Origin: a virus
Taxonomy: Duplodnaviria; Heunggongvirae; Uroviricota; Caudoviricetes
Length of the DNA stretch: 21,296 nucleotides
IMG/VR virus record: IMGVR_UViG_2695420380_000006
Direction: 5' to 3' (one strand)
Part shown: positions 21,059 through 21,296 of the stretch, piece after piece
How positions within the stretch are numbered: the stretch's first letter is position 1
Layout of the letters: each line of letters begins with the position of its first letter
Notes under the pieces: generated by a model
What the model saw: only the letters and a program-made list of their open reading frames with translations
Databases searched by the model: none
What the model was told of the DNA's origin: nothing
Position numbers and translations under genes: made by a program

Positions 21059-21296
21059 TCAACGCAGCCCCTTACCGCGCGCAAAATGCTCAATATCAAG
21101 CATCAGCAATGAGATGTTTAATCTGGATTCACTCCAGAAGTGAGCACCACCCTGTCTACAGAGCCAGATGTGAAGGATGATGAGTAAAATTATCGCTATC
21201 ATCGAAGGCATTGCGTCCTGATGTATTCCTGAAGCGTTCTCAGTGCTGTTTGGTCGCGGATAATTCCGTCCCGGATACCGAGAACGTTTCGTCCAG
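21059..21296 (-). CDS. Possible 3' end of an unidentified minus-strand gene running in from the right edge (79 open codons; 5' end outside the window)
   Basis: The frame is open from the window edge to a TGA at 21059-21061 and is followed by the minus-strand terminator. The sequence (…MPSMIAIILLIILHIWLCRQGGAHFWSESRLNISLLMLDIEHFARGKGLR*) is not recognisable, and two other minus frames are also open for 18 and 31 codons from the edge, so the frame choice is uncertain. Confidence 0.25.
   Translation of the reverse strand, partial: WTKRSRYPGRNYPRPNSTENASGIHQDAMPSMIAIILLIILHIWLCRQGGAHFWSESRLNISLLMLDIEHFARGKGLR

Noticed and set aside
20708-21296. tRNA, CRISPR array or integrase/attachment site in the non-coding right-hand region
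   Set aside because: No T-loop-like GTTCRANTC motif or cloverleaf-sized structure, no spaced direct repeats, and no integrase-like ORF. The region is adjacent to cos, not at the prophage end where att would lie.

Overview
The window is a lambdoid (phage lambda-like) prophage structural region, with almost all genes on the minus strand. Reading the minus strand from high to low coordinates: an AT-rich accessory region, a cos site (~19785-19796), then Nu1, A, W, B, C (with nested Nu3), D, E, FI, FII, Z, U, V, G/G-T and H in lambda order down to 6876. At 6875 (a single ambiguous base) this module is joined abruptly to the interior of a 5' fragment of an IS21-family (IS100-like) element (5930-6874, plus strand). 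That element interrupts an FII-like gene remnant at the head of a second, clearly diverged tail module (Z, U, V, G/G-T, H, M and partial L; 1-5840). Seven N runs interrupt H (copy 1), D, C and B and cause the artificial frame breaks and fusions seen in the ORF track. I found no CRISPR array, tRNA or rRNA. I do not see a clear novel multi-gene system; the most interesting items are the IS/tape-measure junction, the duplicated tail modules, a non-canonical cosN 12-mer, and the uncharacterised accessory genes beyond cos with convergent terminators. Sequence comparisons to phage lambda are from memory, not from a search, and several calls hinge on whether this is a scaffolded draft assembly.
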